From Lytechinus pictus (lineage: Eukaryota): a stretch of 64,000 bases of DNA. Both the position numbers and the translations under genes were made by a program. The DNA lies in NCBI RefSeq assembly GCF_037042905.1, contig NC_087245.1:36830001-36894000 (forward strand), given 5' to 3'. The notes under the pieces were generated by a model, which was not told the DNA's origin, did no database searches, and saw only the letters and a list, made by a program, of their open reading frames with translations. Shown here one piece after another: positions 52,748-64,000 of this stretch (position 1 is the stretch's first letter; each line of letters starts with the position of its first letter).

Positions 52748-54839
52748 GTAAGTCATCCTTTATTTATAAAATCTTCATGCTTATTTCTTGTAAAAGGGGG
52801 GTGGAGGGGGGGGGGGGTTGAGAAAGATGGAGAGAGAGGGGGAGAAAATAGAAAGAGAGAAAGGTGTCTTTACCCTTACAATGGAGGGATGAAAGAAATA
52901 AAAAAAAGTCTAGTGCTTAGGCAACAAATTCTTTGAAAAGGGAAAGAAAGAGAAAAGGAGAAAGGATGAGGAAGAATATTGAAAAAAAAGAAGCTAGGGA
53001 GGTAGAGGAAACCCGTCTCCTCACTCTGGTGAAGAACTAGCTCATCACCAAAACCAGCAATGGAAGTAGTATTCAACTTAAAGGAAACCAAAACCCTAGA
53101 AGAGAAGCAATCTTATTGCAACGAGTAAAATGAAAGGAACAATTTAAAACAAATTTCATCAAAATCGGTTATGAAATAAGCAAGTTATAGTCTGGTAGGG
53201 AGATAGGGTTCCCATGCACCCGAATGATATATTTTTTAAACCTACATTTTTGTAATCCGTAAGATGTGTAGTTAATGAATTTTGATGTTCCCAAAACGAA
53301 ATATTGTCCCATGGGGTTCAAATTCAAGATGGCGTCCAAAATGGCCGCCATATTCATGGGATTTGATTTTTCGTACATAGATTCCGACACAAACATTCAT
53401 TTGCCACAAAATTAGTGTCATATGAAAGATAAATACATTTTCTACAAGTTGATACTATTCATGGGTGATGAAAAGCTAATTCGGCTGAGATTTTGATAAG
53501 AAAAGTGCAATTTTGAGAATTTTTTCCAAAAAATTGAAAATTTGCAAAATACATGATTTACCATAAAGCTAAAGAAAATAAAGGAATCGCCTCAAAAATT
53601 TCTAGAAAACTTTCCTAATATACAACTATTAAGTGGACGAAATTCCAAATCGATATCGCTTTTAGTCACAAACTTATAATGTCTCAAACTTGAAAATTCA
53701 ATTTTCAGAAATTTAGCTCTTTTACTGCATATCGGAGACTTGGATACACTAATGTACATGTATATTGTCACATTTTCAACCCAGAAAATGGAGATAGGCC
53801 TTAACAAAATGCGAAATTATCTATTATTTTGTTGTTAGAATTTACTACAATCCCTTTATTCTACAATATAAAGTCGGTTGATTTAGTTTTTGAAAGAATT
53901 AAGACTTTTGGCCAAAATTTGTATGTTTTTGGTTAAAAAAAATGCACATGCACTGTTATTAATCAGATTTATTATGATATCAGTAATAAATGCACAATCT
54001 CAACATTCGATATGAAAGAGGATGTATCAACGAGAATATTGGCAGGCTTCATGCCACCATAAGTATCTTCATTTGCTTTAGAAAGAAGGAAAATATGCTG
54101 AATGTATTAAGCGATTTTGCGCTAAAGTGAGGCCAAAAAGCAACCTCGGTGTGGCAGTCACACCCATGAAAACTATTGCAAAGTGATGAATGGTATCCCA
54201 TTCAAATAATACAATAGCTTGGATCAGCCCCTCGCATCGATTGTGTTGGTATGACTAACACACCTTAAAGTACAGTATGTAATGTGCATCGTAATAGAAA
54301 TGTATCTGATTCAGATGGATGTAAAGGCAAAAAAAGTGTTTCTGTTACATCATAAAGAATTTATTTAATTAAGTCTTTTGAAAACAGTTATAAGATACAC
54401 TAGCTCTGCAGGTAATAAAGATGAAGTTCTGACACATCAATACACAACTGAAAGGAACATGTCAAAGCTACCTCCACCTTATCTGTATTTTGAATTTATG
54501 GCCTGTATTCCAAAATCAGGTTTATTTTCCAACACGTTCTAACTCTTTTCTAAATTTATGAAGAGCCAAAATTCTGTTTATTGTATATCTCTTATGTTTA
54601 CAACTCTGTTTCGTTTGCTTTCATAATGAAGGAAAAAACCTCAATTATCATTCTCAGACAACTATGAACCGTTTGGGGGTCAATATTAATGGAATTGGCT
54701 CTCCACGTCAGTAAAAGTCATTGGGGGTAATTCTGTCGCCAGTCAAAAAGTGATCATAATTAGAAAACCATAACTTAGTTCAGATGACCGAAGATCTGAC
54801 ATGATATCTGATGATCGTTTACCAAAACAAAAGAAATCA

Positions 54840-57725
54840 CGATCAAAATCAAAATGTCGAAAGAACCAATCAGCGAAATGGACACAGCACACGATACTAT
54901 CACAGATCATTAGTATAATCAGTCTAAAGACAGTCTATCCAACTTTGCATAATTTGACACAATACACACCAATGGGCCACACACAGTTGTAAATTCAGAA
55001 GGTACAGTAGCATTTGCTAACATTTACATATGCCCACAGAGTCGGTCAACATAAGCTCTACCTAAGAGTTGACTCACGTGCAAGTACTAAGACTATCATA
55101 GTACGTACGCCAAGGAAATATAAAGTTCAAAGTGGGAATCATTAGTGAAACAAACACCAGTAAAACTTGAAGCTTATGGTGAGATTCCGATTAAATGAAA
55201 AGGTACACTTGACATAAAATGTTACAGTCCGAAATGGTCAACACAGACATTCTATGTACCAGATGTCAAGGTTTCAGCTATCCTTGGGTTGTTAGGTTGT
55301 ACTGGAATTATCACAATTCACTCAATGTACAATTATGACACACCTACACCTAACCCTAAACCTAAACAAACGCCTATATCACAAGTGATAAGGATCTCAA
55401 ACAAGCATTTCCAGAGCACTTCGATGCTATTGGTAGTTTCAAAGGAAAAGCGATGCTTCATGTCAAGGACATCGCTAAACCTACCAGTAGGTGGTTTCAA
55501 ACCGCCTCGATCACAAGAATCCCCGTTAAATTACGAGAACTTTTTTAGGCTGAAAAATACCCATTAATTATTCCTGCATTCACACCGCCCTGAAACATAC
55601 CCTTCGGGATAAGTTCCTGAAGTTAGGAGCATGCGCAGTATGGTCTGATAAGCAGCAAGGCGCGAAATTCAAAATCACTAGCCCAGCAGCAACCCATGCA
55701 CGGCGCCGCACCCAACGACACGCTGGGCTAAAAGTTCCCGTAATTTGCTTTCAGACCGCCAAAATACCCACGACCTTGGAAAAATCCCCGCGAAAGTTCT
55801 CGTAATTTCGCCAAGTACCTACTATTTATCGGGTATTTTCTTTCTGGGATATTACGCGTAGTTTGCTTTCACACCGCCAAAATACCTGGTATTTTCTGAT
55901 CGGGGTAAATTTCCCGATCAGAGAATACCTGGAACTGGCGAACTTCGAGGCGGTCTGAAACCACCTATAGACGCACCACGCAAGTGCAGCACACTAATTG
56001 AAGGACAAGATCAAGATCAACGTGGAGGAACACAACAAGAATATGTACTTGTTCATGGAGATGACAAAGCAAGAAGTGTTCAACAGCTCCAAGTGCACAA
56101 TCAAGAAAGAAGCTATCAACTTCCTTGGCTCCAAGTGCACTAAATCAGATATCTACCCATATCCTAGCAAGGTAGAAGCCAACACATTACCCAAGGACAA
56201 AGAGGATGTTCAGAAATGCATAGTATTGTTCAAATACCTAGCAGCATATGTTCTTAATTTGTGGGAAAAGTCAGCACCACTTCGATAACTTCTCCACAAG
56301 GAAGTACCGTTTATCTGGGAAGATGATCATGAACATTCCTTGAACAGCCTGAAATGTGCAGTATCATCAGGTGCATGTCTACAGTTCTATGACCCAGAGA
56401 GAGAGAGAACTGTCGAGATAGATACATCAATGAAAGATCTAGGAGCATGCCTGCTTCAGGAAGGTAACCTGTTGCGTTTGCATCCAAAGTCTTTCCACTG
56501 CACATTCTAACTACTCAAACATAGAGGGAAATCTTAGTCCTAATGTTTGGTATCAAACGCTGCTGTAATATCTGTTCGCGAAAGAATTCACAGTCATAAT
56601 CAATCACAGACCACTGGAAATTATATGAAAAAAAAACTCTTACAAGTGCAACGCCGCATCTACAGCGATCGCTTATAATCAAAGTCCAAGGAAACAGGTG
56701 TCAAATCAATTACCGACCTGGAAACGACATGATTCTTTCCGATTCGTTGAGTCGACTTCCTAATCCCAAGGAAGCATGCGATGTACCGTTAGGTGTCAGA
56801 GTTAAATCCATCTGCTCTGAGGAAAAATATTCGCATATGCGATCGACTTATTACTCTTCGGAAAACACAAGAGGACAGAAGTTCAGAGAGAAACGGCTAG
56901 TGATCCAATTCCCAGATCATTATGGCAGATTTGGCCTGAGTGGGCCTGAAACAATCCAAGGGTTATTGAAATCCCTTAGGCAGTATTGGTCGTATAGAGA
57001 TAACATCGGATTATCACATGGAGTACTCTTCACGGGAAGTCAAGTCATCGTACCGAAGTCACTGAGGAATGATATCCTTGGACAGCTTCACCTAGGACAC
57101 ATGGGAATCGAAAGTACCAGACGACTTGCTCGTGAGACAGAGTTCTTGTCAAACATCAACGAGGACATCGACCAGTTGATAAAGCAGAGTGAAACATGCC
57201 AGAAACATCAAGCAAGGCAGCAGAAGAAAAGAAGTGGAATATCAAGCACATTACTTCTTCTCCACACTATCCAAGATCAAACGGATTAGCTCAGAGGATG
57301 GTTCGTACAGTCAAGAATCATTTGACAAAATGTTCTCAGACTGGCCAAGACAGTCAACTAGCAATAATGAAACTGAGAGCAACTCCAGTCGAAAGTAACT
57401 TGAGATCACCAGCAGAAATGTTATTTGGTAGACCCATCAGAACCACATTATCAAGTCACTATTTCTCGAGAGATTCTACTACTACTGATTTTCTCTTGAA
57501 CATGTTGAATAGGCAAGACAAGGTGAAGGAAGTGCATTATCGACATGCAAGTTCTAATCTACCACCTCTGCATGTAGGACAGCCAGTGAGAGTTATACAT
57601 CCAAGATAACACACTTGGATACCAGCTAAAGCATCCAAAGTCTGTGAGGAACCCAGGTCTTACGAAGTATCAAAGCCGAGCGGAGGAATCTTGAGAAGGA
57701 ACAGATCACACATGAGGGAAATTCC
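54840..57725 (+). pseudogene. Decayed Ty3/Gypsy-like gag-pol remnant
   Basis: Fragments in order: protease-like LRVDSRAS and AILGL, RT thumb, RNase H (ILSDSLSRLP), integrase (LHLGHMGIESTRRLARE; HITSSPHYPRSNGLAQRMVRTVK; SPAEMLFGRPIRT); many stops and frameshifts; no LTRs recognised. Confidence 0.82.
55490..55965 (+). mobile_element. MITE inserted in the Gypsy-like remnant
   Basis: Same family as 26803-27284; TIR GGTGGTTTCAAACCGCC / GGCGGTCTGAAACCACC, TA flanks. Confidence 0.85.
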
Positions 57726-60700
57726 ATCCACCATCCCCACTCCAAAGCAGGGCTCGAAATTAGCGGTTGCCGGGGTGACGTTGGCAACCAAAACTGCCAC
57801 CATGGTTGCTCGGATGGCAACCAAGAAAATTCCGTGGTTTTTTTCTCAAAGAGAATAAAAATCTCTTGAATTTTGCAGCAAGCAAAATTGCTTTTCCAGT
57901 CCAAAGTTTACAACTTCTGGATCAGGAATATATCTTCCAAGATCACATTGGCACAAAGTTTTAGTTAAAAAAGATCGCCCAAATCTAGCATGAGCCTGCC
58001 AATGACTTCCAAGATTGACTGCCTGTCTGTCAAAGTCCTCCCTAAGAACCATAAAGCTTACATTTTGACATGATATAAGTTAATTGTTGCAAGTTGTAAA
58101 ATGCAATTTACAGGAGGCATTTTCCGTGGTACTGATTCGTCACCACATTTTCTACTTTTGAAAATATTAAATAGATTAATAACACAACCATACACATCTC
58201 AATGTTCCAAAAAGACCTTCCCCTTCTTTACATTGGTCAACAGAGGTTTTTGTCATTTTTGGCACTTTAATGTATCAGAATTGTTTAATTCAAATCGTAA
58301 AGAATAAAGATAACCCACTCAATTAATTTATCATAATCAGAATACCCTCAAAACATTTGTAATTTGTTTTCCTATGACGTCGAATTGAAAAGTTCTGTTA
58401 AGAGTTTTTTGTTAGAATCCAAGATGGCCGTCAAGGTGGCGGCCAAGGGACAATATTCAAGTTTTCAGAAGATCAAATAAATTCATTCAGTATACGACTC
58501 CAGGATTGAAAAGGTGTAGGTTAGAAAAACTAATCAATATGTTGAAAAGGGTGGTCAAGATAATGACAATATAGTACATTTAAGTCTGTAAAATGCAGTA
58601 AAAAAAACTACTCAATTTCTTAATAATTGTATATTATTATACAGGAAAGTTTTTTAGAAAGTTTCAAGACAATTCCTTTATTTTCCTTAGATATATGGTA
58701 AATCAAGTATTTTGCAAATTTTCATTTTTGGGGGAAACAATTTCAAAATGCACTTTTCTTATTAAGATCTCAGCCGAATTACCTTTTCATCACCTATGAA
58801 TAATATCAACTTGTAGAAAATTTATTCATCTTTCATATGACACTAATTTTGTGTTCGAAGATAAACCTGATTTAGGAATACAGGCCATAGATTCAAAATA
58901 CAGATAAAGTGGGGGTAGCTTCGACATATTCCTTTGAGTTGTGTATTGATGTGTAAGAACTTCATCTCTATTACCTGCAGTGCAAGTGTATCTTATAACT
59001 GTTTCCAAGAGACTTCATTGAATAAATTTATATATAATGTAACAGAAACACCTTTTTTGCCTTTACATCCTTCTGAATCACATTTCTATTACCATTCACA
59101 TTACATACTGTACATTACGGTGTGTTAGTCATACCAACACAATCGATGCGAGAGGCTGATCCAAGCTATTGTATTATTTGAATGACATACCATTCATCAC
59201 TTTGCAATCGTTTTCATGGGTGTGACTGCCACACTGAGGTTGCTTTTTGGCATCACTTTAGCGCAAAATCGCTTAATACATTCAGCATATTTTCCTACTA
59301 TCTAAGCAAATGAAGATAATTATGGTGGCATGAAGCCTGCCAATATTCTCATTGATACATCCTCTTTCATATCGAATGTTGAGATTGTGAATTTATTACT
59401 AACATTCATGATAAATCTGATCAATAACAGTGCATGTGCATTTTTTTTTACCAAAAACATACAAGTTTTGGCCAAAAGTCTTAATTCTTTCAAAAACTAT
59501 ATCAACCGACTTTAAATCGAAGAATAAAGGGATTGTAGTAAATTCTACCAACAAAATAATATATAATTTTGCATTTTATTAAGGCCTATCTCCATTTTCT
59601 GGGTTGAAAATGTGACAATATACATTAGTGTATCCAAGTCTCCGATATGCAGTAAAAAAGCTGAATTTCTGAAAATTGAATTTTCAAGTTTGAGACATTG
59701 TAAGTTTGTGACTAAAAACGATATCGATTTGGAATTTCGTCCGCTTAATAGTTGTATATTAGGAAAGTTTTCTAGAAATTTTTGAGGCGATTCCATCATT
59801 TTCTTTAGATTTATGGTAAATCATGTATTTCGCAAATTTTCAATTTTTTGGAAAAAATTCTCAAAATTGCACTTTTCTTATCAAAATCTCAGCCGAATTA
59901 GCTTTTCATCACCCATGAATAGTATCAACTTGTAGAAAATTTATTTATCTTTCATATGACACTAATTTTGTGGCAAATGAATGTTTGTGTCGGAATTTAT
60001 GTACGAAAAACAAAATCCCATGAATATGGCGGCCATTTTGGACGCCATCTTGAATTTGAACCCCATGGGACAATATTTTGTTTTGGGAACATCAAAATTC
60101 ATTCACTACACATCTTACGGATTACAAAAATGTAGGTTAAAAATATATATCATTCGGGTGCATGGGAACCCTATCTCTCTCCCCTACTATTATGGACGTT
60201 TAAAAAGTCTTGTTGTACTTTCTATGGGGATCCTCAAATTTGCAAACGTGCTTCAAAATGGCTAATTTTGTGGACAACTCTCCATTTGTTCTGTACACAA
60301 ATTTTCAGATTTCCCCCTTTATTTTACATATGTCACATTATCTCCTCCTGACCTTGACATATGTGGTGTGAAATATATTTTCCCATGACATATGTGGTGC
60401 TCAGACGGAGGCAAGATGCAATATGAAAGATAATGAGGAAAATCTGAAAATTTCAATGGAGGGTTGTCCACAAAATCAGCCATTTTGAAGTATGTTTGCC
60501 AATTTGAGGGTCCCCATAGAGAGTACAAGAGTTTTCAAACTTCCATAACTTGCTTATTCTATATCCGATTTTAGATTGCTCCTTTCATTTTATTCTCTCT
60601 GATAAGATAGATTTTCTCCTTGTATTTTGGTTTCCTTGAAGCCTTTGGCTCTGGTATCTGCCACAATGTTTTTGTTTTGTCATACCAATGAAGGATGCAT

Positions 60701-60733
60701 GTTGTTTTTTTAAATGTGAATTGTCATTTGCAG

Positions 60734-60826
60734 GTTACGGCCTTTGTAATACTGCGCAACACCAGTGGTTACTTGCGGAGAAAATATAGTGTGTTTGCTG
60801 CATGGTTTGGTGAAATCTCTCTTGAG
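60734..60826 (+). CDS. CASD1: CASD1 exon 20
   Basis: ttgcag|..GAG|GTATG; VTAFVILRNTSGYLRRKYSVFAAWFGEISLE. Confidence 0.95.
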
Positions 60827-60856
60827 GTATGTAAACTCTTTCATACTCTCTAACCT

Positions 60857-60968
60857 TTCAGTGTATAGATATTTCAGTGAACAGACATATTAGTATTCAG
60901 ATATTTTTGTGTACAGATAGTGTACATACATATATTACAGTGTACAGATATTTTAGTGTACAAACATT
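60857..60968 (+). repeat. Degenerate ~16-bp minisatellite
   Basis: Repeated CAGTGTACAGATATTT-like units. Confidence 0.65.
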
Positions 60969-61071
60969 GTGATGTACAACTGTTTTGATGGAGAGATATT
61001 TTATTGCGTAGACACAATTAGACTTGATATAAAAGACATCTTTATTAAAATTTTGCTTTGCTACATCTACT

Positions 61072-61400
61072 GGAAGAGCCGTGGTGTAGTGGTTCTGACT
61101 CCCGCCTTGTAAACAGAGGGTCGTGTGTTCGAATCCCACCGCGGTCTAGCGTCCTTTGGCAAGGCGTTAATCCACACTTTGCCACTCTCGACCCAGGTGC
61201 TAAATGGGTACCCGGTAGGATGCGAAAGATGGTGTATGTTTGAATTTGCCAGTGCCATAATGAGGCTGTGATGAATGCAAGGAATGCTCCCCAGGGAGTG
61301 GAAATTGTGCACTTTTCGTGCGGGATTGAAATGAATCCAATGACCGGGGTAATAATATGCTGTAACGCGCTTTGAGCCATTCAGGGAAAAGCGCTATATT
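61072..61400 (+). mobile_element. tRNA-derived SINE, full length
   Basis: A box GTGGTGTAGTGG, B box GTTCGAATCC, core CTCGACCCAGGTGCTAAATGGGTACCCGG (reminiscent of Deu/Nin-domain SINEs), ATT tail. Confidence 0.88.
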
Positions 61401-61891
61401 AAAATTGGCTATTATTATTACTTGGCCGGTATTCTGAACTGGGTTTTATTGAAGTTCTGGGGGGGTCACAAAGATTTCAGTATGATTTAGTGTCGCGCTT
61501 AAATGCTGACGCATATGTGACATGCAACGCACGATCCTATTGATTAACACGCAGTAGTGCACGTCATCTTTTGGCTGCTATTACTCAAGCATTTAATAAT
61601 AATGATAATAATAATGATGATAATAATAATGATAATAATAATAATAATAGTAATAATAATGATGATAATGATAAATGATAATAATGATATGATGATGATG
61701 ATAATATGTTCCATTTGTATAGCGCAGCTACTATAATTGCACATACTCGACTGCGCTTGATACTTGATATCATATTATTACCCCGGCTGTAGCTGAGCCG
61801 CCGTATAGGCGTTAAAGCATATAAAAGACATCTTTATTTAACATCACAGGCTAAATTTATCAGCTTATTGTACACTCCTATCATTCATAAC

Positions 61892-62066
61892 CAGGGGCCG
61901 CGGAATGGTTTCCAAAGTGGGGGGGGGGCTGACCATGCGAGAAATCACAATAATATGGTCATTTTTACGTTTTTGTACACGGTTTTGGAAAAAGTGGGGG
62001 GGGGGGGGCTTCAGCCCCCCAGCCCCCATCCCCCCCCCCCCCCCCCCCCCGCTTCCGCGGCTCCTG
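61892..62066. mobile_element. MITE with CAG termini and 5-bp TSD (hAT5-like)
   Basis: CAGGGGCCGCGGAA ... TTCCGCGGCTCCTG; ATAAC on both flanks. Confidence 0.8.
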
Positions 62067-62337
62067 ATAACAGTCTAGGAACAATAACTAAAATAGTTCT
62101 TTCTCATTTATAAGCATGGGGAAATAACATAGTAAACATAAGAAACATCAAATGAATGAAATTGTAAATAATATATTTTTTTTTTCATTTTTGGCTTCCT
62201 ATAATTTTAGTACAGAGTTATACCACGTTATAAGTTGGACGTCAGAATACAGGCCCTCAAGTTGAGCATTAAATTGCGATGGTGTATATTCTAGTGTAAA
62301 TATCATTATTCATGTTGCCTTTCTCTTTCCTCTTCAG

Positions 62338-62604
62338 CTATTCATTTCACAGTATCACATCTGGCTGGCCCAGGATACAAAGACCCTCCTCGTTCTCGTG
62401 CCTGGTTACCCGACCCTCAACCTCATCGTCACCTCCTTCATCTTTGTTTGCGTTGCCGTGGAGATCAAAGACATCACGGGGACTCTCACATCAATCGCCG
62501 TTCCAAACGAACCTAAGAAGCTCTACGTCCGTCTGGGTCTCTTCGCGCTCTTTCTTGCCTTTCTTCTCGCCTATACAACTCTTTTAGGGGAACCAACGAC
62601 GTAG
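62338..62604 (+). CDS. CASD1: CASD1 exon 21 (terminal)
   Basis: cttcag|; LFISQYHIWLAQDTKTLLVLVPGYPTLNLIVTSFIFVCVAVEIKDITG...GEPTT*. Confidence 0.95.
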   Translation, partial: LFISQYHIWLAQDTKTLLVLVPGYPTLNLIVTSFIFVCVAVEIKDITGTLTSIAVPNEPKKLYVRLGLFALFLAFLLAYTTLLGEPTT

Positions 62605-64000
62605 TGTGAACAGAGCTGGGATGTGGCTGTGTAGTAATTAGTTACTATTACTTTGTCACATGCTTCTCGGCTATGACAAAAATATATCAAATACAATCAA
62701 TATATTATAATTGCCATAGTTTCAATTTGCAATTTGAATTCATGCCATAATAAGTGTAATTGAGATATATGTATATCAATGTACATGATAGTTTTAATTG
62801 AAATGCTGTTAACAGTTGCCTTCAAAAAAGTTTTATCCCATATTTTTTTCATGCATTTGTATACAAAGTTCTTTCAGCTTGAAGTGGTAAGCATTAGTGT
62901 GTTCTAGTTAACTTTGAAGCTAAGTTATTGTGAATATTCAACAAGATATGACTGTATATTTAGCAAGATTATGAAAATATATATTTAGAATGGGAACATG
63001 GTAGTGAATGATTTCTCCATTTCTCAGTCAGGACAAAGTGCATGGTGGGTTTATAAAATGAGATTCAATTCTGAAGGTTTTATCAGATTTTTACCAGTAT
63101 TCGCTTCCCTTGATCAACAACAATAACAATATCCAACATAACACCTACAGGCAATGTTTGTCAAAATTGAATTTATCTCCTAAAGTCGGTCAAATTAATT
63201 TTGAATTACAAATATTCCTATTTGCTGAAATACGTTATAAGAAAATAAAAAGTAACTATAAATTTTAGTTCACGCCTTTGAAAATAAGCAAATTTCTCAG
63301 GAAGATACACAAAGCTATTCAAACAACACAACACATTTGTGCAATTAAATATGAAATGCCTGTTATGCCATCTGAAAACTGCCAGTCATTTTTTTTCTTA
63401 AATAAAAAAATATCTACTTTACAATCCCCAATGGGTTGGAAAGAAAACCCTCTCCACCGCCCGTGAAAAAAAATTGTAATGAAAAGGACAAAAATCGTAT
63501 TTATTCATACATTACCTTCCAGTTTTTAATATTTGTGTTGAGGATGTATAGAAGTTTCAAACCTAATTAGTCTTTAAAGGTAAGATTATAGTATACCACA
63601 TTTTTGTATGCATAATTTGTGGTGTCGAGTTTAAAAACCAAGCTCTCAGATACTGTTGAATCCATGAAAGGCCCATCATTTTCATTGAAATAAGAATATA
63701 TGGTATATATTTAAAAAAATATTTTCTTCGATGACTGTCACAGCATCAGAATAAAGTATGCAATGTACTTCAGATCTGGCATTGGCAGAGGCATAAATTT
63801 CGTCTGTGTATAATCGAGAATCCATCTACTTTTTCGTTACGTATCGATGCAGTTTTCTGTATTTTGCTCGTTTAATTTTTACTTCTCATTTACTTTCAAA
63901 GTACTAGTATTATACACCCAATTTTGTTTATTGTTCTGATAAAGAAAAAACTCACAGCATCTACTTTCATAGTTGCCTATGTCTTTCTGCTAGCTTGCTA

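Larger units (their letters stand above)
53188..60189. mobile_element. Non-autonomous long-TIR DNA transposon (Academ-like)
   Basis: TAGT...ACTA termini, TTA 3-bp TSD (53185-53187, 60190-60192), ~1.35-kb inverted arms (53188-54535 and 58851-60189); mirrored ORFs at 53169 and 59981. Confidence 0.8.
53082..60636. mobile_element. Kolobok-like MITE split by a 7-kb insertion (pieces 53082-53187 and 60190-60636)
   Basis: TTAA|AGGAAACCAAAA ... TTTTGGTTTCCT|TGAA; rejoining the pieces restores the inverted arms. Confidence 0.8.
15173..62604 (+). other. CASD1: CASD1 gene span (N-acetylneuraminate O-acetyltransferase, CAS1 domain), 21 coding exons, 829 aa
   Basis: All exons GT-AG with consistent phases summing to 2490 nt; SGNH-like luminal domain (GDSR, DGLH) followed by a multipass domain (EWKGWMQ, YYFVPL, EWWFRW, QYHIWLA). 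Confidence 0.93.

Noticed and set aside
53169..53396. ORF pair at 53169 and 59981 (MAAILDAIL...)
   Set aside because: Mirror translations of non-coding TIR sequence
61072..61145. tRNA-like sequence (also near 40420-40493, 36388, 28250-28307, 49497)
   Set aside because: Heads of SINEs followed by SINE core and tail; no proper acceptor stem, so not called as tRNA genes
61028..61838. Direct repeat ATAAAAGACATCTTTATT near 61029 and 61821 as the TSD of a composite insertion
   Set aside because: The interior is a mix of SINE pieces in opposite orientations and the repeat does not abut a clear element end; not supportable

Overview
Eukaryotic, AT-rich, transposon-dense animal genomic DNA. The repeat families look like those of a marine invertebrate, probably a sea urchin or other echinoderm (inference). 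Two spliced + strand genes can be read. (1) The last three coding exons of NUB1 (UBA domains plus acidic C-terminus, stop at 5505). (2) A complete 21-exon CASD1 (sialate O-acetyltransferase) gene that I assembled by hand with GT-AG borders and consistent phases: 2490 nt, 829 aa, GDS and DGLH catalytic motifs intact, stop at 62604. The most unusual structure is a ~4.1 kb tandem duplication (7226-11311 / 11309-15443). It gives CASD1 two promoters and two identical coding first exons, and each copy carries a different transposon insertion whose empty site is visible in the other copy. The introns hold many MITEs (TTAA/Kolobok-like, hAT-like with 5/6/8-bp TSDs, Harbinger-like, Tc1-like, CACTA-like), SINEs, Helentron-like elements and a LINE RT. 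They also hold a four-layer nested insertion with ~1.35 kb TIRs carrying a decayed Gypsy-like pol, small duplications of exon borders, a tandem hairpin array and a long GAA tract. There is no prokaryotic system or CRISPR array, and I see no clearly new protein-coding system. Family assignments rest on recalled motifs and TIR/TSD rules, not database searches.
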